A stretch of DNA of 64,000 bases, taken from the NCBI GenBank assembly GCA_963674825.1, contig OY771587.1, forward strand, positions 1,760,001-1,824,000. The letters are read 5' to 3'. Within the stretch, counting starts at the first letter, position 1, and each line of letters opens with the position of its first letter. Positions 11,106 through 22,200 of this stretch are shown here, piece after piece. A program made the position numbers and the translations under genes. A model generated the notes under the pieces. That model was not told where the DNA came from, searched no databases, and saw nothing but the letters and a program-made list of their open reading frames with translations. The stretch is from Candidatus Cloacimonadales bacterium. Its GTDB lineage: Bacteria > Cloacimonadota > Cloacimonadia > Cloacimonadales > JAIOQZ01.

Positions 11106-11558
11106 ATGACAACAAAAGAATTCCATGAAGTCATCGATTTCGCCGTGGAACGTGAGAAGGAAGCGGTCCAATTCTACGTAGATCTGCAAGAAGTCGCCAA
11201 GTTTGCTGCACAGAAAGTGATGTTGGGCGAACTCGCCGATATGGAACGCGGTCACATTCGCGTCCTGGAAAGCATTCGTCAGCAGGGTGGAACAGAAAAG
11301 GCCGTTGCCAGCGTTCCCAACCTTCAGATCAGCGAATATCTGGTTCCTGCCAAGCCGACTGCCGAGATGACCTACCAGGATATCATCATCACCGCGATGA
11401 AGCGCGAAGAGAAATCCAAAGCGCTGTATGAGAACCTGGCTTCCAAGATCGACGACGAAGAACTCTCCGCCATGCTGCTTCGCATTGCTGCCGAAGAAGC
11501 TCAGCACAAGCTTCGTTTCGAGAAGATCTACGACGAAGAAATTCTCAAGGATAATTGA
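11106..11558 (+). CDS. Ferritin-like / rubrerythrin diiron-domain protein
   Basis: Duplicated 'E.EA..FY..L...E..H' motifs (EREKEAVQFY...MERGH; REEKSKALY...EEAQH). Confidence 0.8.
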   Translation: MTTKEFHEVIDFAVEREKEAVQFYVDLQEVAKFAAQKVMLGELADMERGHIRVLESIRQQGGTEKAVASVPNLQISEYLVPAKPTAEMTYQDIIITAMKREEKSKALYENLASKIDDEELSAMLLRIAAEEAQHKLRFEKIYDEEILKDN

Positions 11559-11634
11559 ACCAAAGCCATATAATTTATAGCCGGGCATTCGCTTACGTGC
11601 AATGTCCGGCAATTTGCTTATACGGAGGAATCAC

Positions 11635-12141
11635 TTGATTCAGCTCTACACCGGAAACGGAAAAGGAAAAACCACTGCCTCCATCGGTCTCTGTATCCGC
11701 GCACTCGGACGCGGAAAAAAAGTCTGCCTGATACAGTTCATGAAGAAGAACTGGGAATATGGCGAAATCCGTATGCTGAACACTATCCCCGGCATCGACG
11801 TCTTTCAGTTCGGCACCGACAAGCTCATCGACCCGAACAACCCCGCCCCCATCGACTTCGAAGAAGCCGAAAAAGCTTACCGAAAAGCGAAGGAAGTGTT
11901 GGAAGCCGATCATTACGATGTAGTTGTTATCGACGAAATCAACGTAGCGGTCGAATGGAAGCTCCTGCCGATCGAAAAGCAGCTCGAGCTGATGCGGATA
12001 CCCACAGAAGCGGAAATCGTCATGACGGGCCGATATGCGCGTCAGGAGGCGATCGATCGCGCCGACCTCGTAACCGAGATGCGCGAAATTAAGCATTACT
12101 ACGTTCAGGGCATCCCTGCACGTGAGGGAATCGAGCACTGA
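11635..12141 (+). CDS. cobO: Cob(I)yrinic acid a,c-diamide adenosyltransferase
   Basis: 'YTGNGKGKTTASIG', 'QFMK', 'IDEIN', 'MTGR', 'ADLVTEM', 'AREGIE'; probable TTG start after ggagg. Confidence 0.9.
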   Translation: MIQLYTGNGKGKTTASIGLCIRALGRGKKVCLIQFMKKNWEYGEIRMLNTIPGIDVFQFGTDKLIDPNNPAPIDFEEAEKAYRKAKEVLEADHYDVVVIDEINVAVEWKLLPIEKQLELMRIPTEAEIVMTGRYARQEAIDRADLVTEMREIKHYYVQGIPAREGIEH

Positions 12142-13178
12142 TGAGCCAACGCTTTATTCAGCGTCATCTCTATAACAGATCCCCGATCTCTTACCTGCTC
12201 TATCCGTTTTCATTGCTCTACGGGGGCATCCAGACCCTACGCCGCAAGCGCTATCGCATCCATCCGCCGGATGATATCCCCAACGCGCCGAAGATCATCG
12301 GCGTGGGAAACATCGTCTCCGGTGGCAGCGGAAAGACCCCGTTCACCATCTTCCTCGCCGAATACCTGAAAAGCCAGGGAAAGCACCCTGCTATCTGCCT
12401 GCGAGGGTATCGCGGAGGATTCGAGCATGACAACCGCATCATTTCCACGTTCGACGAGATTCTCCCCGAAGCGAAGCAGGCCGGCGACGAGGCTCGGATG
12501 CTGGCGGAAAAGCTTCCCGGCGTACCGGTTGCAGTCGGCGCGGACAGGAGATTATCGATCAAAATGCTGATGCACCGTATGCCGGAAATCGATTGTATTC
12601 TTCTGGACGACTCATTCCAGCACTTGAAGGTGAAGAAAGATGTTATGTTCGTGGTATTCAGCGCAATCGGCGGAGTCGGAAACGGTTTTGTCCTGCCTTC
12701 CGGTATCCTGCGCGAGCCGCTTTCGGCACTGCGTTACGCCGATTGTATTGTGATCAATGGCAGTGGATGGCAACTGCCCTGCGAGACCTTTGGAAAGCCG
12801 GTAGTCCATGGTGAATTTGCCATCGATAAGCTCTACGATTCGAAGGGTACGACGGTTGAATTGAACGGGTTCAGGGATAAGAAAATCCTGCTGATGTCCG
12901 GCATCGGGAATCCATCGTCCTTCGAAAAGACGCTCACCCAAAGCGGCATCGCGTTCGTCGATCACCTCAAGTTCAACGACCACTACGACTATTCTCAGCC
13001 CGGTTTTCTTCCCACGCTGCGCAAAAAGCTTAACGATTCAGGCTGTGATCTGATCCTCACCACGGAGAAAGATTTCTCCAAGCTCTCCGGCCTCGACCTC
13101 TCGGATATTCCACTGGCTGTCGTGGCAGTACGGTTTGAGGTGAAGGAATCCAAGATTCTGGAAAGACTGCTGGGATAA
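12141..13178 (+). CDS. lpxK: Tetraacyldisaccharide 4'-kinase
   Basis: 'VGNIVSGGSGKTP', 'RGYRG', 'AGDEA', 'LDDSFQH', 'LPSGILREP', 'TTEKD'. Confidence 0.93.
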   Translation: MSQRFIQRHLYNRSPISYLLYPFSLLYGGIQTLRRKRYRIHPPDDIPNAPKIIGVGNIVSGGSGKTPFTIFLAEYLKSQGKHPAICLRGYRGGFEHDNRIISTFDEILPEAKQAGDEARMLAEKLPGVPVAVGADRRLSIKMLMHRMPEIDCILLDDSFQHLKVKKDVMFVVFSAIGGVGNGFVLPSGILREPLSALRYADCIVINGSGWQLPCETFGKPVVHGEFAIDKLYDSKGTTVELNGFRDKKILLMSGIGNPSSFEKTLTQSGIAFVDHLKFNDHYDYSQPGFLPTLRKKLNDSGCDLILTTEKDFSKLSGLDLSDIPLAVVAVRFEVKESKILERLLG

Positions 13179-13179
13179 G

Positions 13180-13205
13180 AAAAGGGCAAGCCCGAAGACC
13201 TGCCC
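13180..13205 (-). terminator. Terminator between the convergent lpxK and giant-protein genes
   Basis: Minus strand reads gggcaggtc-ttcg-ggcttgccc-tttt. Confidence 0.7.
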
Positions 13206-13223
13206 CCGTCATTCTTAAACACA

Positions 13224-16200
13224 TTATCTTGTGATTGTTATCTCCGCAGTATCTGCTGTCACCCGATAGAAAAACGTCCCGGTCATTGCTGCGCCTGAAT
13301 CGGTCCACGTCAATTGATTCGTTGAATCGACCAATATCCATCCAGCGTCCGGTGTTTCGGATCGATAGACGTTGTAGCTGTTCGCACCCGTAATCGCATC
13401 CCAGGATAGAACCACATCCGAACCCTCAAGCGTCAATGCGATGTTTTGCGGCGGATCGAGTCCGAGGATATCCGTTGTGAATTGCACCGCCACGCCATAT
13501 GCAATCCCAGCCTCGTTCTGAGCCCAGGCACGCACAAAGTAGGTCGTGCCGGGGGTAAGGCCATTCATCTGGCTTGCGTATGAGCCGGTTTGTGCGCCTT
13601 CGTTGGTGTAGTTGTCCGCTAAGGTCGGAGCTGGGCTTTCGCTCCAGCAAATACCACAATCGATGATATTACACCATCCATCAAAGACGATCTCACCGCC
13701 ACCCATCGCAGAAGTCGGCAGGATGGCTGAAACAGACGAAGTTGCGACATCTGGAACTGCGATACCGTTGCCGGTCAGGTTGACGAATTGTGAATCGATT
13801 TGGGCAGTCGAAAGGATGGCATCATCATCGAAGTCACCGCCACGCCCTGGCGCGAACCGCACGTAGAGCGTAGTTTCAGCCACAATACCGTTTACGGGTT
13901 CCAGGTCTAGTTCCTCGCTGAAAGAGCGATCTCTGGAACGGGTATCCGAAGTTGAAACAACAAATCCGTATGGCATGGAGACATGGATCGGATCGGCCAG
14001 GTTCGTACCGCTGACAGTGAGAGTCTGCGAGCTCGATTGCTCTCCGACAACGATGTTGCCGTAATCGGGCAGTGATGTCACAGATATGGTAAACGACGGC
14101 CCGGGCGCTGTGTCGAACGTGACCTGCGTACCATAGGATGTTCCAGCGCCGTTGGTCGCGTAAGCACGAACGTAATACGTATCGTCCGGATTCAGATTGG
14201 TCAGTTCACTGACGAACGATCCCAGCGATATGTTCTCCGAAGTATGGTCATTCATGATCGTTGGCATGGATGATGTGCTCCAGCAAACGCCAGCAGCGGT
14301 TACCGTGCTGTTGTTGTCCTGAAGTATAATACCACCGGATATAGCTGATGTGCTCGTGATCCCGTTCACTTCGGCGGTATCAACCAGAGGGTAGTCCACT
14401 CCCGTGCCGCTAACTTCTACATACTGGTTATCGAGATTGATACCACAGCAAACGATGTTATCCTCGTACGTAACCAGCTCAGTTGGTTCGAAGCGAACGT
14501 ATATGATGGTCTCTGGAACCTGCTCGTCAATAGGCGTCAGGCTAAGATAATCGGTGAATTCCCGATGTGGGGAAGAGGTGGAGAGGCCGTCGACACGTGT
14601 TCTCCGGCTTTCTTCGGAAGTAAGTGAGATATTGAATCCCGGTGGAGCGTCCAGGATGATATCGCCCATCAGATATTCGCCGCTGACCACGAAGCTCTGC
14701 TCTATTGATTCCTCACCGATAGCCGTTTCTCCGAAATTGCTCAACGGTATGTTGTCGAGGGTCATTTGCGGTACCATAGTAGTAAAGGTTAGTTCATCGC
14801 CATAGAACATACTGGAAGGAACTTCCACAAATGCGCGGCAGTAGTAGTTCCATCCGCCGAAGAGGGCGTTCATCTGCACCTGGAAGGTTCCTATCGAATC
14901 GCTGACCGTGGCATAGGAATCGTCGATGGTCGGGTTCCCCACGCGGTTCCAGCAGAACCCTGCCCGAATCACGTCCTGATTTCCGTTGGAGACGATTGTT
15001 CCAACGCCTGTCGCATAGCCTGCGTGAAGATCAATCACCGAATCGGAGGTGATCTGCGGATCATCGATTGCCCATCCGTAAAGATCGATTGATTCATCGG
15101 AGCCGGCATTGTGTGAGATAACAAGCGGTTCTTCGTTGAAATCACCTGGCTCCGTCGGCTGGAATGCGACTTCGAATGTCCCGGTATTCCAGGGTGAAAT
15201 CGAGAAGGAAATCTGGTTACGATCACGCTGTAATCGGCTGGTCAATTGCCGGCTGTTGCCTGCTTCCGATACACTGTAGTGGGTCGGTGTGGTCATTGTT
15301 CCGGTCAGCGTAATATCGCCTTGATTTTCGATTGTAAACTGTTGTGTCTCGGTTTCGCCTACTTCGATCTGACCAAATCCAAGCCAGGAATCGCTTATGC
15401 TGAGAATGGGCGATCCGATGATCATATCGCACATAACGCTACGAAGCGGCTCAATCCCGTCGTTGCAATCGATCTGGATACCACCCATGTAATAGCCTGC
15501 GATTAGCGTGCTGGAGTCGAAACCGATCGTATAAACATCCGGTGCGCCTCCGGCAGCGATAGAGCCCGTTACTTCGGTCCCGCCATCGAGTATCAACCAT
15601 TGTATGGTGACGGGGGTTCCGGTCAGCAGCACATCGTCGATCATGACTCCGTTTGCCCACAGGTTGTTGTACACCCGGAAGGCAAACTGCACGTTGTGCC
15701 CTTCATACGCCATCAGCGGATAGGTGAGCTGTTGCCAGGACTGTGTCAGGTCATTCTGTGAGAAACTGTCGATGAACGACCATGCGCCACCATCGACAGA
15801 TATCTCGACTCCAAAATCTCCACCATATAAAGGTGGATCGTAGCTCCGAATCCAGAAAGAGAGCTCTGAATCCGAAGATAGTAAAAACTGCGGTGTGATC
15901 AACCGAGCGTCGTTGATATCCCAGTAAACTGCCCGAGCGCAACGAGATCCGGTGTGCGAGACGGTCCAATCTTGATCCCAGGTTGTGCCGTCCGCTGTAT
16001 CCAGCTCCTCGGTGCTCCATCCTTCTGGTGGGAAATCTCCTTCGAAGCTTTCGTCGATAAGGTTATCGCGCTGACGCCCCCACATTTCCACCGTGGCCGT
16101 ATAATTCAGCGTCTGATTACCGGTGTTCGATATTGTAATAGAGCGCGAATCGCTTCCACCAGGTAGGAGCTCGACCTGAATGGATTCAGGATCGGTCACG

Positions 16201-19200
16201 ATTCGCGGCCCGGTGCTGCTTGCGGTGCAGGGTATGTCTACTTCGCCGCCTTCGGCATTGTGCTGGATCACAATGTTGCAATCGTAGTTCATGGCTTCTG
16301 TCGGAATGAAGATGACGTTGTAGAATTGAGAATCCCCGGGAGCTATGGTCTGCTCGACCGTGCTGCGACCCATCGGATGCTGATTTCTCGCTCTGCGACC
16401 GGCACTTTGCATGCCATCTCGCTCAACGGACGGGTAAACATAGAAGCACTCAGGTGCCTGAATATTTACCGACAGGTGCGCATTTCCATTGTTCTCGATG
16501 ATCATCCAGCGTAACTGGCTGTCTCCGAGCTGTACGTTGCCAAAATCGATTGAACTTGGGCTGACGGATATTTCGGGTGCGTCTCCTGTCCAGTGGATAC
16601 GATAATAAGGATCATTATCGTAAGTACTGCTGGTGAAGCTGCCTGATTCGTTGGTAAATGTTATGGATCCCATGTCGGTGTTCTTGGTGACGTTGTAAAG
16701 GCTTCCCCATGTGTTATCCGCGAACTGAGCGCCATCGCAGACGATGATCTGGTTATTGTCGATAGTAACCAGCGTTCCGCCGGGTTCACCTTCCTGGAAC
16801 CAGCAATGGTTGAACGAACAGGTTTCATCGATCAATGCGCCGTTATGGATATTGATTCCATCTGTGTCCATATGCTCGAAAATAGCATATTCCGCGCTGA
16901 TCTTACCGCCGCTGTTGATATCAAACGAGTAATATCCGCCATCAGAGGTTCCAATTGCCGGTCTCTCGCCTGAATCGTATCCATCAAAAACGATTTCACC
17001 ACCGTTCATTACATCGACGGAAGCACCGTCACGGAGTACGATCTCGGAGCTCTGATCGGCAAGCAGCCTGGCGTTATCCTGGATTTCAATGTTGCCCTCG
17101 GTCGAAAGCGTCAGATGATTCAACGAAAGGACTCCTTCGACAATGGAAAGCGTAGCGCTTCTGCTGATATCGAGATCGCTGCCAAGGATTACGGTTGGCC
17201 CATCCACACGATTACGACGCGAAATTGATTTATTGATGAGGATGTCGTTGAAATCACAGTTGCCGACAGCGCTCATCTCAAACGATGCGTCATCCGTTCC
17301 GGCGAAGGTGATGGAGCCGGTGTCGTCAAACCAGCAACAATCAGTATCCATGGTGAAATCACCGTAGAATACATGATCGAGTCCAGTTGAACCATAGTCC
17401 CATGATGAGGTATCGTACATGGCAAGATTTCCGTGTACGATCAGATTGTTGTTGGGGTAGAAATAACTTGAGCTATGCAGTTCGAGGTCGTCCAGTTGGA
17501 TATCATTCTGACTATCCATTATCTGGTCAAAATTGCCGACAAACGATAATCGACTGGGGCCATTTGCCCAGAATCCATGCATATCGTCAACCGTGGAGTT
17601 CAAGTCGGTAAGGTCACCTGCAAGTTCGAGTGTCGGAGCACCATACGAATCCACAATGTCCAGGCAGGATCCGTTTGAAATCGCGATGTCGTTCCCTACG
17701 CTCAACGTGGAATTGGACTTCATATCCAGTTTACCGGAGTAGAGCGAGAGGTCGGACTCGATCGTAACCGCGACATCGTTATCGATGGTGACCGAGATAT
17801 CATCTTCCAGGTCTTTATCGACGATCACATTGTGGAATGTCGCATCACCTCCGATCAGCGATGTTTCGCTACCCTGGAAGACCACTGTACCCGAACCCGG
17901 ATCGAAGCCCATTTCTCCTACGTTGTTGTTCCAGTGACTGGTTACCAGGATATCGTTCGACACCGGCTTGAGGCAACCGCCATTGATGGTTACACCTCCC
18001 GATAGATCGAGGTCAACGAGAATGGTGACATTTCCACTCGTTTTGTTGATCAGGAGATCGTATATCATATTGCCGTTCGCGCAGACAATGTTAACATCAC
18101 CTTCACCAATGAATTCGAGCGTACCACCGCTTGGTTGAAATACACTCGATTCCATAGCATAAAAACCTCGAGAGACTCTGATTGTGCCAGCCCGGATGTT
18201 CTCAACGGCTTGTGAGCTGAATTGCAGTTTCTGATCGGTCAATTCCAGAAGACCGTCTCCCATGCTGATTTCACCAGACCAGAGAATCCAGTTGCCAATA
18301 TACGGTGTATCCATCACAAAGCAGCCCGTGGAGATCGTAACGCTTCCGGTCGAAGCGGTTGTCAGCCCTCCGTGCAGCAGTAGCGATCCATCATTGACTG
18401 TCAGATCGCCATAGATTGAGAAGTCGCCGTCTATCTCGATGGATCCGCAATCAGTACTCATTGTGGAACCGGATGAGAGGATGACATCGCCGAGAAAGTG
18501 GGTTGTCTGGTCTTCCACTGCTTCATACATGATGAACTCAGCCGAGGAAGGCAGCGTGAAATCTCCGGCGATTTCGACGTTCGTATAGGCAAACTGCTTC
18601 AGATTTCCATTGGTGATGGTCAATGTTCCTTCGACGGTCAGATCGGTAAGATGTTCGATACGCATGTGGATGTTGGGAATAGGATCTTTGTCGATTTCAA
18701 CATCGTGAAATACCTCTTCTCCGATGATAGACCCCGTGTACATGCTATTGAAGGTAACCTTACCGCTCCCCTGAACGAATCCTGCAGGCCCCCGGTTTTC
18801 GTACCAGTTGTGCCCGACAAAAATCTCATCGTCGGCATTGGACGCATCCAGGACACCAGTATTGTCGATAGTCAGATTCTGTTTAACCGTCAGGGCGTTA
18901 TGATTGCAACTGAGTTTACCTCCAGTCACCTCTAAGAATCCCTTAACCAGGGTGTCGTTCGATAAATACACCGTGGCGGTGGCAATATCCTTCGAACAGG
19001 TCAGGTTCTGGAAGTAATTGGTCGGATCGAGGTTGATTGCGCATGAACGCGACCCGATCAATTCGAATGTGCCGAGTTCCATCTGGAATGTATTGGGATA
19101 GACGGCTCGAATTCCCCAGCCCAGCCTCACAGAAAGCTCATTCGACTCGAAAGTCGCACTGCTTCCGAACTGCATGCCGTTGTTGGTAATTTCGAAAACA

Positions 19201-22200
19201 CCGCCATAGTAGTTCGTAGTGCCATTAAACGTCTCGTACGTTCCAGTATAGGGTGTATCGATAATGAATGCTCCATCGTAAATCGTGAGATAACCATGCT
19301 CGTTTTCAAGGAAGCTTCCATGTACTGTCAGGTTGCCAAATACTTCCTGTAAGCCACTGGTGGTTAAATCCTGAGTGGTGACATCCGCATCTTCTTCGAC
19401 AACAAAAAATCCGCCATACTTCGTATCGATCTCACCCGCGACATCGATGGTTGCGTCTCGGGTGTAAAACGTGCTGTTATCGTTGACGATCAAATCTCCT
19501 GTGGCGTTCAGGTAGCTGGAGAAGGTCTCTCCCATTGTGCAGCTCGCGTTGTCTTTATGCATCACCACCGTGCCGATTTGCGCGGTTGGTTCATAGAGTC
19601 CGAGGATCGCATCTTCATCACCTTCGAACCACACTTCGCATTCGGAAGCGATCTGGGCCGATGTTCCGGCATTGAAATACCAGTTGCGTTCCACGTGAAA
19701 CGCTCCGTCGAGGATGGTACATCCGGAAGTGCTATACCATTGCACTGTTTTGCCGACGTTGAGGATGTCGTCTTCGTCGTCCATGTAGATGCCTGAAGTA
19801 ACAACGAGGTTATCGTCCAGATTGACGGTAGCATGGTTGAGCTCCAGGAGTCCGTCCTGAACGTAAAGATTACCCTGGATATTGGTGTCTTGATCCAGAA
19901 TGATGCGGTCGATGCGGTCATCGCGCAGGCCATTCTGGCGAGTAGTGGAGGCTTTATTGATGCGAAGATGATTGAACCAGCTGTTGTCGGTGGTGTGGCA
20001 ATACGCTGTACCAGAGCCGTAAAGTTCTACTTCGCCACCACTGAGCTGGAAGCCCTCACGCTCCACCTTGAAATCACCGCTGGTACGAATGACGCCACCG
20101 GTCATGTTTTCACCCAAATAGTGGGACGATGCGCTGATAAGGATGCCATTATCCTTGAAATCGAGCACTCCGCCTTCGATATAAACGGTTATCCCATTGG
20201 TGTAAGCCCATTCACTTGGGTAGTCGTAGCCACCGTATATGTTGAAGTTTCCATCGTAGAGCCAGATGCTGGCATCCAGATCGACGTACTCCGAGGGAGA
20301 GGTTCCCTGATGCAGGTCGATGATGCCGCCATTCAATATCCAGCTTCCTTCCACGCGAGTATCGGCAAGATCATTAGCGGTAAATGAACCGCCATACACA
20401 TCGATCGTCCCGGCGGTGTATAGGAAGCTATCGCAGGTAACGGAGCTACTCGGCCCGATCTTGATGGAGCCGCCTTCCGATTTGTGCAGATGCAATGTTC
20501 CAAAGCCATCTTCGTCGATATACTGATCATTTCCGCTGCCTATCAGTTTCACCGTTGAGCCAGTGCCGATAAAAGTACCAGCATTGTTTGCCCAACCGCC
20601 CTGAAGGTCTATTGTATGCCCGTTCGCATCAAGTGTACCGCCGTCGATGCTCAGATAGAAAATACTCGCATCGCTGCCCAGGGATAGGGTTGCATTATTG
20701 TGGATAATCAAGCCGCACAGGATGTCCGATGCTTGTACGTTCATGGTGCGAGTACCGGAGTTCACGCAATGAATCTCTCCCATATCGAAGCGAAAACCAC
20801 CGTGCGACACGATATTGCCATCGATCTCGATAGGATGTTCGTTCAGTACGCGGAACTGAGCGCCGTATGCAACCTCGAAATCGCCCTTAATCATCAGCTC
20901 TGCTTCAGAATCAGATGAGAAGACGACTTCTTCGTTCGAGGTTTTGTCGATATACAGATTCTTGAAATAGACGTATTCGGACTGGATGCTAAGTAAGACC
21001 GATTCAGATCCGACAAATTGAAAATCGCTATCGTTCAGGTTCGCAATACCGCCGTCATACACCGTATAACTGCCGGCAACGGATACCGTTGTGCTTGCGG
21101 TGTCGGTTAGGTGCCCGGTCTCGTAAACGCGCACATGGCCGTTGAAATTGGTTGTCGCGGCATTATCCGTGAGTGTCATGTTACCGTGAATATGTGCGGT
21201 GCCGTTGATCTCAATGGTTCCATTGGCCACGGTGAGTGTTGCGCCGTCTTCAATCGTAAGGCTCCTTGTTCTGGCAAGGATTCCTCCGCTTATTACGGGT
21301 GAATTGGGGGTTCCGGCCGGGATAACAACTTCATTCGTTTGATTCGGCACGATGCCGTTACCCCAGTTGGATGGATTGTTCCACGCCGTGCTGACCGTTC
21401 CTGTCCAATTACCGGGATATCCGAAGACAATCCTGTAGCTTGCCGAGGCATATCGATTCGACCACACGCAGAGGCCGTAATTATCCAGTTGAGAGATCGT
21501 CACAGTGATTTCCTCATCGCCGCCATTCCCGTTCGAGTTACCGACACTGATTGCCTCACCCATCGCCCGGTAATATCCTCCATTTTGAGATGAATAGAGC
21601 GCAAATCCCAGGTCGGCAGTGCCTGAAAAGATGTCGAGCTTGATGGTATATACTCCCGGCGACAGAGTAACATCCCACATTCTGGCTACCTGTCCAGAGC
21701 TCCATGACATTGTCGGACTTGTTCCAACGGTTAGAACATCGTCCTCACCTTCATATTCGACACGACTGGCGTCCGTACCGCTGGAACAGAATACTTCTGC
21801 GCCGAATTCGTTGTAAGGAAGGTGATTTCGGTCAATTGCGATGAGGTTAACAGGTGTAGCGTAATTGCTGGTTTTTAGCGGTGATTCGAAATCATCGCTG
21901 TCATAGAGGCGAACACCGCATTGGGGCAGATCTGTGCCTTTTCTCGCGGCAATGACAGCCCAGTAGCTTTCAGGTTGCGTGAAGGTAAAGAAATCGGAAT
22001 AGCGATCGGTCAGCTGTGATGTCCCACTGCCCAGGTCTGTGATACTTCCTCCGCTGTTGATGGTGAAATCACCCTGGCTTCCATCACTGGCGATCATGGT
22101 GCCTTCGCTGTTATATGCTTCAACGCGTATGCGGCACTCGGTGGAATTGATCCCGGATGGGATATGCCAGTTGTAAGCTCCATCATTGGGTGTATTAGCT

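Noticed and set aside
9266..11612. Long minus-strand ORFs (9266..10114, 10219..10992, 11010..11612)
   Set aside because: They are antisense shadows of well-supported plus-strand genes and carry no motifs.
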